DNA of 64,000 nt, taken from positions 6,696,001 through 6,760,000 of the forward strand of contig NC_086097.1 in the NCBI RefSeq assembly GCF_963921235.1, written 5' to 3'. The position numbers and the translations under genes were made by a program. The stretch is from Mobula hypostoma. Taxonomy: Eukaryota. Below, piece after piece: positions 1 to 12,413 of this stretch. Position 1 is the stretch's first letter, and the number at the start of each line of letters is the position of its first letter. The notes under the pieces were generated by a model, which saw nothing but the letters and a program-made list of their open reading frames with translations, made no database searches and had not been told where the DNA came from.

Positions 1-1088
1 GTGGTGTGACCTGTCAGACCTTTCTGGGTATTAGAAAATCCCTCTGTAGATTTGGATTTGCTTAAGATTAAACACAGTAGTAAGCCGGTTGATATACTCA
101 GTGAATATCATAGTTATAGGGAATGTAAGTATAAAGACATACAGATTTTTACTGATGGATCAAAGGATCCAGAAACAGGTGCAACAGGGTCTGCAATTGT
201 TGTGCCAAGTTATCAAGTGGAAATTAGCAAGAGAACACCTGATTGCTTGAGTGTATAGGCAGTTCAAATGTTTGCCATATTGTTAACAGTAGAATGGAGT
301 GAGCAGTTTGATTGTAATAATATTGTGATATGTAGCGATTCTGTGTCGGCCCTTGCAAGCATTAAGCCGGCTACAGCTAGAGGTCACCAGGATCTGTTTT
401 ATGAAATCCAGTTTGCAAATTCAAGACACGCTAGACAAGGGCAAAAATATCACATTTATGTGGGTTCCAGCACATTTGGATATTATGGGAAATGAGACAG
501 CAGATATGCTGGCAAAAGCAGCAGTCAAAAAAGGATCTATACAGGTCAATATTAAACTATCAAAATCAGAGGGGAAGAGCATAGTGTGGAGAAGGATAAA
601 TCAACAGTGGCAGCAGCTTTGGGATAGAGCAATAAAAGGAAGACATTTACATTCAATTCAGAGCAGAGTAGATATAGGAAGAGGTAGGGGAGTAAAGCGG
701 AAGGAGCAAGTAATTATAAGTAGACTGAGAATTGGGCACAGCAACCTTAATGGTACTCTGGCCATCATAAATAAGCATCCAACAGGTTTTTGCGATCTAT
801 GTCAGGAGACTGAAACAGTAGAGCATATCCTTATTTCATGCCGGAATGTTGCACAGGAAAGGCAACAAATGTTACAACAATTACACAAACTAGGACTGGT
901 AGAGAACAGCGTTAAAGGTTTATTGGAATGTGGGGAGAGTGATCAGGGGAGGAAATGGTTGTTTAGTTTTTTAAGGGCGACGGGGCTGGAAAGACGACTT
1001 TAAAGTGAATGGACAATGAGGGACAATAAATCCTGTAGATGGCAGTAATGCAACAGTGTGGATGCCAACTGCCGTCAAAACTCAAGGA
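1..1088 (+). mobile_element. 3' part of an RNase H-bearing non-LTR retrotransposon (I/Nimb-like), frameshifted
   Basis: ORFs 52-258, 268-495 and 353-1003 together give RNase H motifs FTDGSK, ICSDS and WVPAHLDIMGNETADMLAK, then RLRIGHS and a zinc knuckle CDLC..ETVEHILISC. Stop at 1003 is followed by a short 3' UTR. Confidence 0.85.
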
Positions 1089-1089
1089 A

Positions 1090-1912
1090 ACATCTGGTTG
1101 CTGGATTGTTCCTATCCAAACCCCCTGTCTGAATCCCTTCCCTTCCCCTGCCTTTTGTTGCCTCGTCTGAGACCTTGCCTCACCTTATCTGAAGCCTTGC
1201 CTCACCTCGCTGCCTTGTGTTGAGAACCATCTCATCGTATTCTGCATTCTGCGTAAAGAGTCCCGGCCCTAAGTCCTGTTTTCAAGGAAGGGTCCTGGCT
1301 CTGTATTCTGTGTATGAGTCCCAGCCCTATGTCCTGTTTCCGAGGAGGGGCCCCGGCTCTGTGTTCCATGTTCCTGTCTCTCCCTAGACCAAGGCTCTGC
1401 GTTCCTGCCTCTCCCTCAACCAAGGCTCTGCGTTCCTGTCCAGGATTCTCACGTACAGTCCTGTTGCCTCTCCTCATCCTATAGCCACGTCTTGTCCTCG
1501 CCTAGTTCTGGAGTCCGAGCCTGAGTCAAGTCCCAGCTTTTGGGTCGCAGTCTCTAGCTGGGAGTCCATACCCAAGCCTCGAAGTACCCTAGCCTTGAAG
1601 AACCCAAGCCTCATCATGTCTTCGCCTAGATCCGGGGTCCGAGCCTGAGTCAAGACACAGGTGTTGGGTCCTTGTCCAGTCTCTGGCTCGTAGTCCAAGC
1701 CCAGGCTCGTAGTTCCAAGTTCCGTGTCCTGGTTCCGCTATCCTAGTCAAGTCCTAACCCAGGCCCTGTGTCCTTGTCTTGTCCAGGGCCTGTGTCATGT
1801 CCAGCGTCCTTTCTTCCCCACTTCACTTGCTTCCTTGACTACCTAGTCCTGTTCCCTGTGCTTCAGTGTCTGTGTCTTGCATTTAGGTCCGCCACCAGCG
1901 TCCCTTTATGAC
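1090..1912. mobile_element. Probable LTR fragment interrupting a Gypsy pol
   Basis: Pyrimidine-rich and internally repetitive (ccttgcctcacct, ccaaggctctgcgttcctg and gtccgagcctgagtcaag each repeated). Ends in ...TGACA at 1912, exactly where minus-strand Gypsy RT homology begins. Confidence 0.45.
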
Positions 1913-4262
1913 AAAAAGCCTATTATGGCAAAAAAAGCCCTTTGTAAGTGCTTATGTTAAAAAACACTTTGGGTTTTTCTTCCACATCTATCTGTAGGTA
2001 AGTAGTCCTCAGTTAAGTCCACTTTGCTGAAGTGTTTCCCTTCAGAAAGGTTTGCAAGGATATCCTTTATCCTGGGCAAAGAGTATTGATCTACTTTCAG
2101 TATAGAGCTGCTGGTGACCTTAAAATCACTACAGATCCTGATGGACCAGTCCTTTTTGCCTACTGGGACCATTAGTTTGCCCATGGGCTTCTCTCAGCCT
2201 TGGGAAAAATTCAGTTAGCCTCCATGCAATCGAACTCACTGGCTACTTTATCACGGATGGTATAAGGAACTGGATGAGCTGTATAAAACTTGGGTGTGGT
2301 ATTTTCATTTAACACTATTTCACCTTTGTTATGTTTGAGTTTTCAATGCCATCCTTGAACAGAGCTGTGGCATCATCGAGTACCTTTCTAATTTTGCCTT
2401 CTCCTATTGCAAGGGAAGTGGCCTACAAATGATGGTGGATCTCCAATCAAGTTATAGTTGTCTCAGCCAATCACAGCCCCATAGCGCTGGCCCTCCTGTT
2501 TTTTTTTACCACATACAAGCCCAACATGGCTCGATGGTTGTTGTATTTCACTGTTATGAATGTCATTCCCACAGGAGTTATCTTTTCTCCATTATGTTTC
2601 CTTAGTTGGATATCTGCAGGATTCAGTTCAGTATGTTTGAAATACCGTTCAAACTCATTTTGTGTAATGACTGAAACAGCTGAGCCAGTATCTAAGTCAA
2701 TTTTAATTAATTTAACTTTCACTTCTGATGCAATTGGTATTGCTTGTCTATTGTTAGTTTTCGTACTGTAACTCTTAAAGCTACTCAGTCCTGTGTCACT
2801 CTCAATCATTATCAGAATTTTCATCAACAGCATGCAGATTAGTGCTCTTTTACAATCTGCAACTTGAGTTGTTATATTTCTCTCTTTCCCATGTTGTCCA
2901 TTTATTTACAGCTGCCCAGCATGCTTTTAGTGTGTATCCTACTTTGCAGCATTTTCTGAAAATTTTGCCTTTAATCCTGCATATGTCTAGTGTATAGGAG
3001 CCACTGCTACAATGGTAACACAACTTGTTCAGCCAGGAGGTTTTCTATTTAAACGTAATTTGGTTCACGCTCACTTTCATTCCAGACTGCAACACAATTG
3101 CATTTTAGACTGCTGTTTCCATTCATACAGCGATTTCAACTGCTCTTTTAAATGTGAGTTATGCTTTCTTCTAAGATTCCACAAACTAAATGATCTCTTA
3201 TTCCATTATTAAGCTCACCATTGGACTGACAATGCTCGGAAAATTTCTTCAATACAGCTACATTAGCTGAAGTGGAATTCCCTTCCTTTTGATTCAGCTT
3301 TTGAGACCTAAAGCATTCTGCAATCAGCAATAGTTTCAGTTCTGAATGTTCTAGAATCACTTTCACAATATTAGCAAATCTCATTTGGAATAGCTTGGTC
3401 GGAGCAGTTAAACTTCTAAGCAAACTGTATGCTTTTCCACCCATTGCATTTAGCAACACCGGCACACATTTTTCATTAGCTGTTTAATTTTTTTGAGAAT
3501 ATTGCTCAATTCATTCAGTGTATATCACCAGTTATCTCCTGTGCATTCAAACACATCTAGCTTTCTGAAGTGCAAGAATTTCAGGTTGTATACTATATAT
3601 ATTCCCTTATATTAAATAGAAGTTGGCACATGGCCAAGTGGTTAAGGCATCAGTCTCATGATTTGAAGGTCGCTAGTTTGAGCCTCAGCTGAGACAGTGT
3701 GTTGTGTCCTTGAACAAGGCACTTAACCACACATTGCTCTGTGATGGCACCGGTGCCAAGCTGTATCAGCTCTAGTGCCCTTCCCTTGGATAACATCGGT
3801 GGTGTGGAGAGGGGAGACTTGCAGCATGGGCAACTCACAGTCTTCCATACAACCTTGCCCAGGCCTCACGAGACTAACAGATGCCTATTATTAAATAGAA
3901 CCATTGAATCATTGATATAGCCAGCCATTTCTTCTTTTTAAAATTTATTATTATTATTTACTGTTTATGAAGCCATGGCATACTCACTGATTGTTTATTT
4001 CATTCATTATTTGCCTATTTTTTTAAACTGGTGCGACTCTCTCCCCTTCCAAAGATAACCTGTCCAGCGCTTCATCATGTTAGTCGTCATCTTGGATTCG
4101 TATTAAAACTTCTTCATCACCACTGTTATGTTTTGTAACTCCAGAAACTAACTGAAAGAAAAACACAGTAGCTTGGATACTTGTCTACTTAGTTTTTTAT
4201 CCATTTTTTTTAGTGTGCGATCACATATGATGTGGTGGCATAATGATGCATGCCACTTACGT
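1913..4262 (-). mobile_element. Degenerate Ty3/Gypsy LTR retrotransposon (gag-protease-RT, PBS and part of 5' LTR)
   Basis: Gag LLNAMGGKAYSLLRSL..RDHLVCG (3148-3465); protease DLDTGSAVSVI (2471-2833); RT PVGKKDWSIRICSDFKVT..YSLPRIKDILANLSEGKHFSKVDL (1957-2184). On the minus strand the LTR end ..CATAACA near 4124 is followed by TGGTGATGAAG, a CpG-decayed TGGCGACGAG-type PBS. Confidence 0.85.
3622..3888 (+). mobile_element. tRNA-derived SINE with 12-bp TSD
   Basis: A box TGGCCAAGTGG and decayed B box; TSD TATTAAATAGAA at 3610-3621 and 3889-3900; homologous to 41500-41815. Confidence 0.85.
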
Positions 4263-5395
4263 CAGCAGGTGGAAGTGAATAAACAGTCAACATTTTGGGC
4301 AAAGAACCTTTTTAGGCCTGGAAAAGAAGGGGGAGGATGACAGAACAAAAAGTCGGGGAAAGGTGAGGATAGCTAGAAGATGATAGGTGAAGCCGGGGGT
4401 GGGGGGGGGGTGGTAGGAAAGGTAAAAGGCTGGAGAAGAAGGAATCCAGTAGGAGAGGAGACTGGACCATAGGAGAAAGGAAAGAAGGAGGGGTGCCAGG
4501 GGAGCATGATAGACAGGTGAAGAGAAGTGGCAAGAGGTCAGAGTGGGAAACAGAAGAAGAGGGAAGATGTTTATAAAAACTATTACCAGAAAGTGTCCAT
4601 GACATCAGTTTGGAGGCTACCCAGGTGAATATGAGGTGTTGCTCCTCTACCCTGAGCACGACCTCATCATGCCAAAGGAGGAGGCCATGGACTATTTACT
4701 TCAGAATGGGAATGGGGACAAGAATGAAAATTGTTGGCTGCCAGGGAATTCCACCAGATACAGTAGATGAGCCCATTAGATTCACAGCTGAAGTGTTGTC
4801 TCACTTTGAAGGATTGCTTGGGGTCCTGAATGGGGGCGAGGAAGGAGATGTGTGGGCAGGTGAAGCATTTCTGTCACATCAAGGGAGGGACAAGGGAACC
4901 ATACAGGGATCGATCCCTGCGGAAACCAGAGAGTGAAGGGGGGGTATGATTGTTTGGTGTAGAATCCTGTTGAAAACATCAGAAGTTGTGAAGAATGATG
5001 TGTTGGATGCAGAGGCTTGCAGAATGGTAGGTTATGACAAGAAGAACACTATCCTTGTCAAGCCGGCAGAAAGATGGGGTGAGTGCAGATGTCTGGAAAA
5101 TAGAGGAGATGTGGATGAAGCCAGCATCAATGCTACAGGAAAGGTAACATGATTCCTTGAAGAAGGAGGACATCTCTGGTGTCCTAGAGAAGAAAGCCTC
5201 ATTGTGGGAACAGATGCAGCACAGGCGAAGGAATTGAGAAGGAGAATAGCTTTTTTCAGGAGATGGGATGGGAAGAGATATAGTCAAGATAAGCGTGGAA
5301 ATCGGCAGGCCTATAAAAAATGTCAGGAGATAGTTTGTTTCCACAGTTGGAGACAAAGAAATTGAGAAAGGAGAGGGAGGTGTCAGAAATGGTGT
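4262..5395 (-). mobile_element. Degenerate Penelope-like element (RT C-terminus, GIY-YIG, terminal repeat)
   Basis: SQFLRLCCICS..FFKE (4979-5356) and LRVEEQHLIF (4312-4659) match the better-preserved PLE at 47577-49221; decayed hammerhead near 4285-4320. Confidence 0.8.
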
Positions 5396-5619
5396 CAGTT
5401 TATTATTGTCACATGTACCAAGGTACAGTGAAAAGCCTGTCTTGTATATTGTTCATACAGATCAATTCATTAGACAGTACACTGAGATTGTATTAAGTAA
5501 AACAATAACAGAATGCAGAATAAAGTGCACCAGCTACAGAGAGAGTGCAGCGCAGGTATGAGAGTAAGGTGTGTAAGATCATAACAAGGTTGCACATCTT
5601 GTATGTATATTTTCTCTGA

Positions 5620-6070
5620 TTGTCCTTTTCCCCTTAATATACTTGTAGAACACTTTGAGATTTGCCTTAATCCTGTCTGCCGGTGTTTTTTTTTGTAAAA
5701 CTTAGCCTTTTTAAAGCTCTCAATGGTCTGGGACCTCAGCACATCTCAAAATCGTTTTTGTTTTATAATCCTGCTTGAGTTCTCAGGTCTTCTTCTGCTG
5801 GTCCCTTAAATTTAACAATCTCCCTCAAAAGATAATTGGCAAGTCAGCTACGTTCCTAAGGTGTGGAATTCAGTACCTAAAACTGTGAGGAATGCAGACT
5901 TAGTTAATGCTTTTAAATGCCAACTCAAACTGACTTATTTAACCTTGCTTTTACAGTAACTAATGTTTTTGTCTTTTATTTTCATGTTTACACTTTATCC
6001 CATTGTAAAGTTCTTTGAACTACATCGTCTACAGGGAAAGTGCTTCATAAGTAAGTTATTATTATTATTT
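5620..6070 (+). mobile_element. L2 LINE 3' fragment
   Basis: Ends in an L2-type tail (tgtaaagttctttgaactacat...gaaagtgcttcataagtaag(tta)n) resembling 42100-42170. Confidence 0.55.
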
Positions 6071-6469
6071 TTAATTTTGTCTACAATCAATTTCCTACAC
6101 TTAATTATACTTCTGACTTACCATATATGTATGCAAATTCAATAAGATGCAAGACTAATTGGGTGTTAATATCTGGCATTTAGCCTAATATTGACTGGGA
6201 CTGTCTTATTGTTCAGGAATTAGATGAGGCAGAATTTCTTCAGTGTGTCAGGAAGGTTTTCCAAAGCAGTAAGTAGACGGCTCTACCAGAAAAGTAGATA
6301 CACTTCACTTGCTGTTAGGAAATGAACCCATGTAAGAGATTGACAGTTCAGTGTGATATGCAGCATCTGGTTTCCCTGGAGTGAAGGAGGCTGAGAAGTG
6401 ACATCACAGAGGTTTATTCAATCATAAGAGTCATAGATAGGGTAGTAGGTAGTATCATCAATCGTATTC

Positions 6470-8075
6470 TAAAGCAGTAGCATAATTTGCAGTGATGATT
6501 CACTCCCCGACGAACGCAACATTTTTTATGCACACTTTGTAAAGAAGAATAAATCAGTACTTGTGTGAAACCCATTGCGTTTAGTAACCCTTGGGATCTC
6601 TTTCTCAGAGGTTGACATCAAAACAGAGGATGAATCCTTGCAAGGTGTCAGGATCCAATGATGTACCTGGCAGGGCATTGTGCCAACAAACTGGTGGGAT
6701 TGTTCAAGGACATAGTCAACATCTCACTGCTGCAGTCAGAGTTTCCCTTCTGATTCAATTTCTCAGCCATCAGGCTCTTGAACAAACGTGTATGACTATG
6801 CTCTTTTGCCCATTGATGTTCTCACAAACGATGATCTTACTTTAAGGACTCTTTATCTTGTTATTTCATAGTCTTGTTATTTATTGTTGTTTATTTATAT
6901 TTGCATTTGCACAGTTTGTTGTCTTCTGGTTGGTTTTTCATTGATCCTGTTATATTACTATTCTAAAGATTTCCTGAGTATGACTGCAGAAAAATGAGTC
7001 TTAGTGTTGTACGTGGTGACATATTTTGACTCTGATAATAACATGTTCTTTGAATTTTGAACTTTAAAGCAAGCTGAGCTGCCTCAGTGACTATTGCCTC
7101 ATAACACTCACATCTACTGAGATGCCTAAAGTGGATGGTCGTGGCTAGAATTAATTCCTGCCTAAGCAAGGACCTCAATCTACTGCAATTTGTCTATCAT
7201 CACAACAGATCTAAACAGATTTAATCTCACTGTCTCTCCACTTGGCATTGGATCACCTAGACAATAGGAATACCTCTGTTAGGCTGCTGTTTGTCAATTA
7301 CAGCTTGGTGTTCAACACCATCTGACCCTTCAGTACTAATCAAGACCTGGACCTCTGTAACTCCCTCTGCAATTGGATTCTTAGCTTTCTCATTAAGAGT
7401 TCACAATCAGTAAGGATTAGTGATGACATCTCCCTCTCGCTGACAATTAACACTGGCATGCCTTAAGGGTATCTACTTAGCCCACTGCTCTACCCTCTAC
7501 AATCATGAATGTATAGCTAGATACAGCTCAAAGACCATTTATAAATTCACCGATGACACCACTATTGTCAGAATCTCGGATGGCGTTGAGGAAAAGGTAC
7601 AGGAGTGATATAGATCGACTGGTTGAGTAATGTCACAATAGCAACACTCAACGCCAGTAACGCCAAGGAACTGATAGTAAATTTCAGGAGGGAGCAGTCG
7701 GGAGAGCACACATCATAAGGGGTCAATGCTGGAAAGAGCAAACAATGCATTTGTGATGAAGGCATAACAGCAGCCATACTTCACTAGAGTTCAAGGAGAT
7801 TTGGTATGCCACTGCTCGTTTCCGTGCATTGTAAGAGGCTTCAGAGGGTTGTAGACCCAGCAATGGACACAAGCCCCCATACCATTGAGGATATCTTCGA
7901 AAGCTTCCTCAAGGAATCTGTATCCATTATTAAGGAACCTCACTGACTGGGGCATTCCTTCTTCTCATTATACCATCAGGAAGGAGGTACAGGAGTCTAA
8001 TGACCTACACTCAATGTTTTAGGAACAGCTTCTTCTCCCCTCCACCATCAGATTTCTGAACCTGTGAACTTTACC
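6470..8075 (+). mobile_element. Degenerate Rex1/Babar LINE RT with a nested Rex-type 3' UTR (~6760-7065)
   Basis: Decayed LLFVNYSLVFNTI and KFTDDTTIV codons plus the shared 3' block ccatcaggaaggaggtacaggagt..aggaacagcttctt. Confidence 0.7.
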
Positions 8076-8124
8076 TTCACTACTACGCTTTTGCACAATT
8101 TTTAACTGTGACTTATGGTAATAT

Positions 8125-8590
8125 AGAAAAGAGTTAGCAGTTGACATTTCAGACCGAGACATTTCATCAGGACTGAGAAGAAAGGGGGAAGATGCCAGGA
8201 TAACAAGGTGGGGGCGGCGAAAGAAGGTAGCTGGAAGGTGATAAGTGAAGCCAGGAGGGTGGGAAAGGTCAAAGGCAGGAGAAGAAAGCATCTGACAGGA
8301 GATGAGATTGGACAATAGGAGAAAGGAAGTGGGGGGGGGGAGCCGGGGGAAGTAATTGGCAGGTGGTAAGAAGTGAAAGGTCAGAGAAGGGAATAGAGGA
8401 AGGGGTGGGGCAGAATTTGTTTACTGGAAGGAGAAATGATATTCATGCCATCAGATTGGAGGTAGTCAGACAGAATATAACGTGTTGCTCCTCCAGCCTA
8501 AGGGTGGCCTCATTGTGGCATATGAAGAGGCCATGGATCGACACATCAGAATGGGAATGGAAATCTGAATTAACATGTTTGGCCAAAATT
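8125..8590 (-). mobile_element. Penelope-like element 3' end with partly decayed hammerhead
   Basis: Matches PLE GIY-YIG end and 3' UTR; minus strand reads AGTC-CTGATGA-AATGTCTCGGTCT-GAAATGTC-AACT at about 8139-8174. Confidence 0.8.
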
Positions 8591-9344
8591 CACTTTGACT
8601 TTGACACCATTATGCTTGCACTGTACTGCTGCAATAAAACTAGGGAAAAGCATTCACGATTGTTGTCAGTAACAATAAACCCGGTTCTGATCCATTTCCC
8701 ATGACAAGGGAGTCCAAAATGAGAGGAAGCAGGTTTGAAGAGCATCTTGTGGTTAAACTTTTCACACAGAGATTTGTTGAATAACTGTTGGGGATAAGAG
8801 TTATGAGACATGGGAGTGTGGATTTAAGTGAACGAGGATGGAATGAAACACGTGAGAGTTCGAGCTGATCACTGACTGGTGAAGACATTCATGTCTGCAT
8901 GATGAGATGTATTGAATGAAGGAGCATCTGAAACTACTACAGTCATGTGAAAGTCATGGTGTGGGTTGGATCTGATGATATCTTCACTACTCATGGTATC
9001 TCGTTATGGTCATTAACAAGGTTGGCACTTCCTTATTCCCTGACCTGCAATGTTCCTTAAAAGATCCATCATTCCTGGCATTTGGCATTTTCTTTTCTGT
9101 TTATTTTAAGAACAGAAACTGTAACAATCTCTGCAGTAACATCCTCAAATTATTACTCCTTTGACTTCTTGTGTTTCTTTTCATGTGTCTTTCGGAGGGT
9201 TTGACTTCCACTTCAGTTGTATTATCCAGATGTCTAACAATTTGTCACTTCTTTTATTAGATTAGATTAGATTATGAGGACATTCAGTCCTCTTTTATTG
9301 TCATTTAGTAATGCATGCATTAAGAAATGATACAAATACCATGG

Positions 9345-10375
9345 TTTTATTATACCATAAGACATAGGCCCTTCGGCCCATCGAGTCTGCTCCACCATTC
9401 CATCATGGTTGATTTTTTTAAAATCAATTTCAACCCCATTCTCCTGTCTTCTCCTCTTAACCTTTGACACACTGAAATTAAGAATCTATCAGCATTTACT
9501 TTAAATATACCCAATAACTTGGTCTCCACAGCTGTCGGTGGCAATGAATCCCACAGACTCACTACCCCCTGGCTAAAGAAATTCCTCCTCATCTCTGTTC
9601 TATTTAGGGGCTGGGTTTCTAGACTTCTGCACTACAGGAAACATTCTCTCCACAGCTATACTATTAAGGTGTTTCAAATTCTTCTGAACTCCAGTGAGTA
9701 TAGGCCCCGAGCCATCGAATGCTCCTCCTACATTAACCCTTTCATTCCAGGAAACATACTCGTAAATCTCTTACAGACCCTCTCCAATCCCAGCATATTT
9801 CTTTAATAAATTGGCCAAAACTACATGAATACTCCAACTGCAGTCTAACCAATGCTTTAGAATGCCTCAATATTACACCCTTGCTCTTATATTTGAGTTC
9901 TTCTGAAATTAATGTTGACATTGCATTTGTCTTCCTCACTACTGATTCAACCTACACGTAAACCTTTAGGGAATCCTGCACAAGGACTCCTAGGTCCCTT
10001 TGCACTTTGGATTTTTCAATTTTCTCCCCATTTAGAAAAGAGTCTACACCTTTATCCCTTCTACTAAAGTTCATGATCATATATTTCCTTACACTATCTG
10101 CCACTTCTTTATCCATTCTCCCAATCTGTTGAAGTCCTTCTGCAGTTATCTTGCTTCCTCACACTACCTGCGCCCCACCCATCTTCGTACCATGCACAAA
10201 CTTGGCCACAAAGCCATCAATTCCATCATCCAAGTCATTGACATATAATGTAAAAAGAAGACGTCCTAACACAGACCCTGTAGAACACCACTAGTCACCA
10301 ACAACCAAACAGGAAAGGCCCCTTTATTCCCATTCTTTGCTTCCTGCCAATCAACCAATCTTCTATCTATAACAG
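9345..10375 (-). mobile_element. CR1 LINE RT and 3' fragment
   Basis: VTSGVLQG, KALVRLQLEY, MRRNFFSQGVVSLWDSLP; CR1-type 3' end (gactcgatgggccgaa on the minus strand). Confidence 0.85.
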
Positions 10376-11418
10376 AAAGCATATCCGTGCTATAAATGTG
10401 TCTTAACAAAAGTGAAGCCAATTGGATCAAATAATACTTTGCATACTTGCTTATGATTGGGCATTTATCAATTAACACTGAGCTGAGGCTATGGTCTGAT
10501 CTGCAGTGCCTGGCTCTGCAGTGGTTACTCGGCTCTGCGCTGAACTGATGTTGTGGCCTGTCCCCCTGCAGTGATGCCTGGCTTCGTATCTTTCATAAAA
10601 CTTCTGTTCTGAACACTATTTTCTAACTTTTATTGTTTGCATGATGTTTCTCTCTCTCTGCACTTTGGATGTATGACGGTCTTTTCAAAGGGCTCTTTTT
10701 GGGTTTTGTTGTTTTGTGATTGCCTGTAAGAAGACAAATCTCAAGATTGAATAATCTGTCCATACATTTACTTTGAACTTTGAGTTTATTTCTGATTCAT
10801 TCATATATTTATGTAGGAAATCTCTTAAATTTAATATTAATTGTATTAAGCCTAAGAACGGAAGGAGACTATTCAGCCTATTTGTGCCTTGCTCCTCCCT
10901 TGCAAGTGTTTTCCTTCATAGTAATTATTGAATTCCCCTTTGAAAGTTGCAATTGAATCTCTTTGCACCACCATTTCAGTTACAACATGCCAGATGATGA
11001 CTACACACTGTGTAATTTTTATGCTTTTTGCTTCCCTGCTGTTTTCTTTTTTGCTAATGGATTTTTTATATCAGTGCTCAAATATACTGTATATCTTCAT
11101 GCCAGTAGAAATAGCTATTTCCTGTTCCTTGCATCTACAAATCACACAGATGAACATAGGGGATTGAACTCTCCTATTCTTGGTTCCAATGTAGAAAAAC
11201 AAAGCACTTGACACCTCTCTTATAGCTAGAAATGATCACCATTTGTAAAGTGTCCTTTATTATCAAAAAACCGTTGAGGAAAATTTGCCATTTTAACATT
11301 TCAGAATCAGGTTTCATATCACTGGCATATGTCATGAAATTTGTTGTTTTGTGGCAGCCAGTGCAGTGTAATACAGAATAATTTTAAAAATTATAAATCA
11401 CAATCAGAAATATATACA

Positions 11419-11960
11419 CAGTACTGTGTAAAAGTCTCAGGCACATGTATATAGCTAGGGTGCCCAAGACTTCTGCACAGTTCTGTATTTGTCAATATGG
11501 AGTAGAGGGTGAGTTTGCAAATCTGGTGGGAGCAGAGGATGCTGGGAATAGTTAGGGTGGCGTGCTGCAGGAGGGGTGTGGGACAGGAGGCAGAGAAAGA
11601 TTGCTAAGGGTGCAGGGTGGTGTTGGTGCAGAAACATGCAGCCCTGAGATGCAAGGCAAGGTCATTTGATTCCAAACAATTGGTTTATTGATCATTACAG
11701 AATGTCTCTCTGTTACTTTATGTTCTCTCCCCTCTCCCTCCCCCTTTTCCCAACCATGATTCCCTGCTCCCTGTCCCCTTCCCACTCCCAGTCTACAATA
11801 GAGACCTATATCAGAATCAGGTTTATCATCACTCACATATGTCATAATTTTTTTTTGTGGCAGCGATACAGTGCAAGACATAAAATTACTACAGTACTGT
11901 GCAAAAGTCTTGAGCACCCTAGCTATATATTTTCATCCTTAAGACTTTTGCTCAGTACTG
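11419..11960. mobile_element. Non-autonomous Tc1/mariner-like MITE with ~66-70 bp TIRs that are themselves palindromic
   Basis: 11419-11484 is approximately the reverse complement of 11892-11960; each begins and ends with a CAGTACTGTGCAAAAGTCTT-like motif; TA follows the right end. Confidence 0.75.
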
Positions 11961-12069
11961 TAGGAAAGTTAAACTGCAAAGAAAAAACAATGATGCAGTC
12001 TAATCCAACACCTCCTTGGTGTAGGATTGCCTGCTTTTCCCCTTTTTCACTCCGTGTGCCCAAGTGGCT

Positions 12070-12290
12070 CCATATGACATGGTACTGCCTTGTACCTCCA
12101 GTGCTGTAGTTTCAAAGTTGAACTTGTGGAGTTTGCACATTCTCTTTGTGACTGTATCACGTTCCTCCAGGTGGTTCAGTGCCCACCCACACCCCAGGGG
12201 CATGTTGGTTGGTATCTGAAATGGCCACAGTAATGTGCCTCCATTGCAGGTAGACAGTGGGTGAATCAGGGTAGAAATGATTCCCCCACC
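12070..12290 (+). mobile_element. Old V-domain-type SINE
   Basis: gtggagtttgcacattctctttgtgactg..ttcctccaggtggttcagt resembles the V-SINE core at 22930-23040. Confidence 0.5.
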
Positions 12291-12364
12291 ACTCACCTAC
12301 AATGGAAATAAGTGGGTAAATGGGTACCTTGGGATTGTGTTAAGAACTGATAAAAGGGTTAGAG

Positions 12365-12413
12365 CAAGGGTTCCTAAGCTTGGTTAATGCATAAAAAAGT
12401 TAGGAAACCCCTG
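12365..12413. mobile_element. Tiny hAT-like MITE (CAGGGGTTCCCAA-type TIRs)
   Basis: caagggttcctaa...ttaggaaacccctg flanked by an imperfect 8-bp TSD (ggttagag/agtttgag); related pieces at about 27476-27508 and 62088-62154. Confidence 0.5.

Noticed and set aside
353..1003. Host RNase H1 gene
   Set aside because: The domain is split by frameshifts, has no introns, and is followed by a LINE-type zinc knuckle and 3' end.
4397..4412. G-runs as functional G-quadruplexes (also ~8330, ~29025)
   Set aside because: They are the complement of the C-rich PLE 3' UTR and vary freely between copies.
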